From: Selaginella moellendorffii
Taxonomy: Eukaryota > Plantae > Lycopodiophyta
DNA length: 64,000 nucleotides
NCBI RefSeq assembly: GCF_000143415.4
Contig: NW_003314317.1
Coordinates: forward strand, 1,235,823-1,299,822
Direction of reading: 5' to 3'
The translations under genes and the position numbers were made by a program. Below are positions 59,340-64,000 of the stretch, in pieces (position 1 is the first letter of the stretch; each line of letters begins with the position of its first letter). The notes under the pieces were generated by a model that was not told the origin of the DNA, did not search any database, and was given only the letters and a program-made list of their open reading frames with translations.

Positions 59340-61620
59340 GGAAAACTTACCGTCCATGAGTGACCCAAAACGTGTCTTTGCTTGTGTTAGTGAATTCTGG
59401 TTTGGCACCATTTGGTAGAAACCAAATATTTAGTTTCATCCGTTGATATGCTTGCTACACCTCTTCCAAGTGCATACCCTTTAGGTAAGAGGGAAAAGCT
59501 GCCTCCACCCTCAAGCTGAGGAAAGTAGGCCCTTCGTCCCTAGAAATTACGCAAAGAAAAACAATATTACAAAGCCTGAGACAAATATAAAACTTACACT
59601 TCTTTCGTAGCAAAACCTGTCCATTGGATATCCTCCATGCTCTCAGTCTGCCTTTCTAACTGCTACATATGGATATGTAACCTTCACTCAATCGATACCC
59701 CCTAAACAAAGTAAAACAGGAAAAGATCAAATCCATCCAATTTAAAACACTGCACACCTGAGAGAATTCCTAGAGATGATCTGGTTTTCATCACTGGAAA
59801 AAGCGTCCACAGCAGAGCTAAGAGACGAAACTCAACATGCACTAGCAAACTCAGTAAAGACAAGAGAAAAAAAATGCTTGCACAGTTAGATAGGGGAATC
59901 TTTGGCTGTCTCCTTGAGATTTGGCCTTCTTGACCTCCTGAAACACAACAAACCTAGAAAGAAGCAGCTTGGATGGACAATTGCCAGCGAGGATTCCCTA
60001 AAGAAAAAGAGAAAAAAACAAGAGCTTGTAGAGAAAACTAGACACAACAAACCTGGAAAGAACGGCCAGCAATAGTGGCTGGATCATTTGGCTCAAACGA
60101 TCCAACGGTGTGGATTGCGACTCCCCGATAACCTAAAACCTGCAAACTTCATTGGAACATGGTGGAGATATGCAACACCCCGAGCAACCCAAAGAGCAGT
60201 CAAGCCGGTTGTCCTCCTTGTCTTCGAAGAGAACGTTTGGGAGAAACTTGTAAACGAGCATTTTGTTGTGTGGGCCGTGGAGCTGGATGAGGTTGTCATG
60301 ACACAAGAAAGCGATCTGTTGCGGAAGTCCCCGTTGCTCTTGTTTATTTCTTCACAGCTAATATCGTCTCCTCTGTAGATGGGGCTGATTGGCTTTCAGT
60401 TTTCATGAAGAAAAACTGGATGAAGAACCACTGAGAGCTGCCCACAATGATCAGGTCCATAGTACTCCGGTAGTGATGTTGGCAGCCGGAAGACCATCTT
60501 CGTCACTGTTGGGAACTTGTGTAGAGTTACTGGAGACCCTACTTTCGAGTTTCTGCGCCTTCGATTCTCCAGAAGGGACAAGCTTACCACCACCACCGCT
60601 TAGCTTGGAGGATTGCACAAACATATCTTTGGTGTCAACAAAGGCAAGAACAAATATCAGTAGCTACAGTAACATTGAATCTAAAGACCAAGAGTCATTG
60701 ATGTATTCTAGGATGTTGGACTGAAAAAACCTTTCCCCTGAAAGGTTAAACCAGCCAGTTGTTTCTCTACTGATAACTAGTTATTAAGTAGACCAGTTTT
60801 GGTTCCCGCTACACTGAATGCTAGCGAATTATTACCGCATCCGTACACTGCAGTCTTTGTTGCGTAAGCCGAGGTGGTAGCACCTCCTTTTGTCCATGGT
60901 TCAGAAATTCTGGATAAAAGTAAATGATACGCACCTGCAACGATTGAGAAGAAGTTGAGAGAGCAGTGAGGACCATGATTATGCTGAAATCCAAATTTTC
61001 TGCAACAAGCTATGATGTAGGTCACCTGAGCTCCCCAGAAAAACTATTTGTCATTGGATATGTCTCTAGACAGTGATAGTAGAGTGCGTGAGTGCCAATT
61101 CCAAAAAGAATGCATCCACAAGTACATAGCTACAATTCCCTCACCTTTATCTGTTTTGATTCCAGCAACCTCCGCAAGATGGCATAGTCCTATATCTACT
61201 TTATAGAAGTAGAGCAATGTAATTTTTTGTACTCCTGTTTACCACCTTCCCATCTATCCTTGAGCATTCGCTATTGGCCATCCTTCCTGGTGGAAAGCGT
61301 TTGTCCCACACATAAAGTTTGTATTGAGGAGCAAAACTTGAAGAATCTATGCCTTTGCATTTCTTAGGCACTGGAACTTTGGAGCATAGCCAGAGGCTTG
61401 AGTGGCTTGCCGAGAGACGAAAGAGACCACTCTCTCTTGGATTCTTGATCGAAACTTTTCTAGTTTGCACTAATTTAGTATGGATTATATCTAATTTCTG
61501 TAAGACTGGGAACTTCCTTCCTAGTAAGCATATCACTGGCCATTGCACACAAAGTGAACCATATATGAGACTTATGTGATGACTGCCTTTCTGAAGTAAC
61601 AAAGCTTGGAAGGGGATTGC
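59340..61620 (-). pseudogene. Possible multi-exon gene relic of unknown family
   Basis: Repeated minus-strand splice signals (cttac donors; ctg/cta followed by A-rich tracts). Protein-like stretches are interrupted by stops (e.g. SLRVEAAFPSYLKGMHLEEV*QAYQRMKLNIWFLP). Confidence 0.3.
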
Positions 61621-64000
61621 AAAGAGTTCTACCAGGTAAACTTGATTAAAATGGGCTTACATGGCACAGTGTTAGGCTATTTTCTGACTTCATTCAATAT
61701 AACATTCCCTTGGTTGCACAAATGATATATAAGATTGCTTTTTATTTTGCTCAAGAAAAGAAAGATAACAAGGAAAAAAAGGAAAAAAAAAAAGAATTAA
61801 TGGAGCTGGGAAAAGAGCTAAAAACAAAATAAATAGCCCAAACAACATTAAGGCTAGCATAGGAGATAAACACACGATAAAAAATTGGGAGAAACAACAT
61901 AATCTATATTCACTAGTCTCCTACTTTTTATTGGGCACTTGCAAACCACCCAAATAAAAGAAAGTTGAGAGTATGGAGTAGGTAGGAGCATGGAGGAGCA
62001 AGAGCAATCCAAACCAAACTTGCAAAAGTTTTGCCATATTTCTTAACAAATATCTAAATTACCAAAACAAAATAAACAAGATATGAAAAATGTTTGTGCT
62101 TTGGTTGGCCCAACTATGTAAAAAGTTAACAACAAATGAATCCATGCTACCAAAAGATTCATTTGGTTAGGTGTTCTTCCAAATAAACTTCCAAGAGAAG
62201 TGCATTCAATTAAATCAAAGAAATACATAAAAGGAAAAAAGAATATAAGAAAATCTAGCAATTTAATAATCATATGTGTTGATATTGTAGATAGCATAAT
62301 TAGATTTAATGATGTTGAGTAAGCTATTGTATGCTTGTCATTGATTTTTGATTTGCTAGTTAAACTTACACACAATATATATTATGAAAAGATATTATGG
62401 ATCAAACATATTCATAAGCTTATGGTTGACATAGTTTTATGAATCTATATTGCATAACACAAGAATGTAGTCATAGCAATGCTAAAATGCTCGTGATTGA
62501 TGATTACCAAAGTTTGCTGTTGAGATAAGAGTGCTAAAAACATTAGCCACTTCTCCTTGTGAAAATGTAAGTCGGTTGTTATTTAGATAATATTATTGGA
62601 AAGACTTTAGAATATAGCTTTGTGGTATATGCATAAGTTCAAATGAATCAAGTGTAATATTTTGTCCCCAGTAGTTCACAAAATTTGCAATATTCCTTGC
62701 TCTACACACAACCATGAATATATAAATAAATATAGAGAAGATGTATAATTACTTTGGCCTTCCATTTGCCCAAAGATGACTACTTGCTGTACATAAGTTG
62801 AATTGTTGTTGTTATCTTTCAAAACTATTTTGAAAATTAAAGAAGCCATTTCTATATCTTACCATTGTTTGTGTCAATCTTTATATAAAAACAGAAAATA
62901 TGGTTAGTTTATTCTTGAGATAAAATTTCACATAGAACTAATTTACCTCCTTAGTTGTATGTCTTTTGATGGAGTGGATGGGGAAATAAATAAAACAATC
63001 ACTCTTATTGCATATTTATAACTTTGTCTTAAATATTTTTTATTTGATTTGATTATTATTAAGATAGATATACATATACATATATAAAAAATATGTAAGA
63101 CTGACCACATTACAAAATATATTTCAAATACATGCTAACTATTTCATTTGTGATACAAGTAAAGTAATGATTATACCCTAGCAATCATAAAAGTAATAAT
63201 CTCTATTGACTTACTTTTAGTAGCTTATCTTAATCCCTCTTTTAACAATTTGAAGTCAATGTAAATGAGACTAAATCGTACTCTGAAAACCATTCAAAAT
63301 ATCCATGAATGTTACCTCAATCCTTAAAAGATTTCAAGAGAAGAATGTTTGATAATAAATTTTCAATTTAGAATTGATACGAGTTATATTATGCAATAAT
63401 TAAGATAGTGTAAGATTTGCAAGATCGTGTATTCCTTAAAAAATACCACTAGCATGATGAGAACAATGGTCAGAAAAAAAATTTAAAACTTTGAAAGCAC
63501 AACCTTTAGATTTCTATAGTGTTTGACAACGTTTTGTACATTCTCTAGAGAACACTATGTGGAGTATACTTACAAATCAAAAATAAAATTAAAGAACTTC
63601 AGAGAAATTTCTTACTTATAGCCTAATTAGAATTCCATCTTTGTCATTTATAGATTGTTCAAGAAGAGAAACAAACAATTGGAAAGAAGAACAAAATGGA
63701 TTGAAGATTATTTAAATTGCATCAATGTCTTTAATTGAGTTTGAAATAGCTTATAATACATAAAGATTCCTTTTTATTTCTCTTGCAACAACACAATGTG
63801 TAGTTAGTAGTTTTTCTTGTATACTTGAGTGATAGAACCGTGAGAAAGTAAAAGGTTGTGAGGCACAGTATTGTGTTGTTTCTTGACTTCACTTAACATG
63901 GCATTTTCTTATTTGTGTGAATTATACATGAGAATGCTTTTTGGTTTACTCAGGAGAGGAAGATAATTACAAAGAAGGGGAAACATTCAAAATCAATATA

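Noticed and set aside
61900-64000. Possible decayed DNA transposon (hAT-like) in the AT-rich tail
   Set aside because: No TIR, TSD or convincing transposase motif could be read by eye.

Overview
Eukaryotic nuclear DNA from a compact-genome, seed-free land plant, most likely the lycophyte Selaginella. This is inferred from the 45-70 nt GT-AG introns, very short intergenic spacers, a PLS-class PPR gene and a flagellar CFAP77 homolog. The left arm (1-6.4 kb) holds a metallothionein-like relic, an orphan ORF, an AAA-ATPase pseudogene, serine racemase and a condensation-domain/acyltransferase-like gene. At 7-25 kb is a three-level nest of LTR retroelements. An old minus-strand LTR of family B contains a 195-bp 5S-rRNA-bearing (Cassandra-like) solo LTR and a full non-coding element A (TSD ATCAA). 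The 5' LTR of A contains a young full element B (TSD CTAAG), and next to this a second 5S-bearing LTR is split by another B solo LTR. The 25-30 kb region is an AT-rich relic followed by a TIR element carrying GC-rich cargo. The gene-dense 30-58 kb block contains a small membrane protein gene, a cytosolic-type AspRS with a putative mitochondrial presequence, CFAP77, glutaminyl cyclase cut by a 700-N gap, a dense P1BS cluster, an NT-C2 protein gene, SMU1, a PPR gene, a mosaic local duplication with an atypical (possibly REase-fused) kinase-like gene, and an M1 aminopeptidase. The 58.6-64 kb region is degenerate and AT-rich. All calls come from manual reading and recall of protein families; no searches were run.
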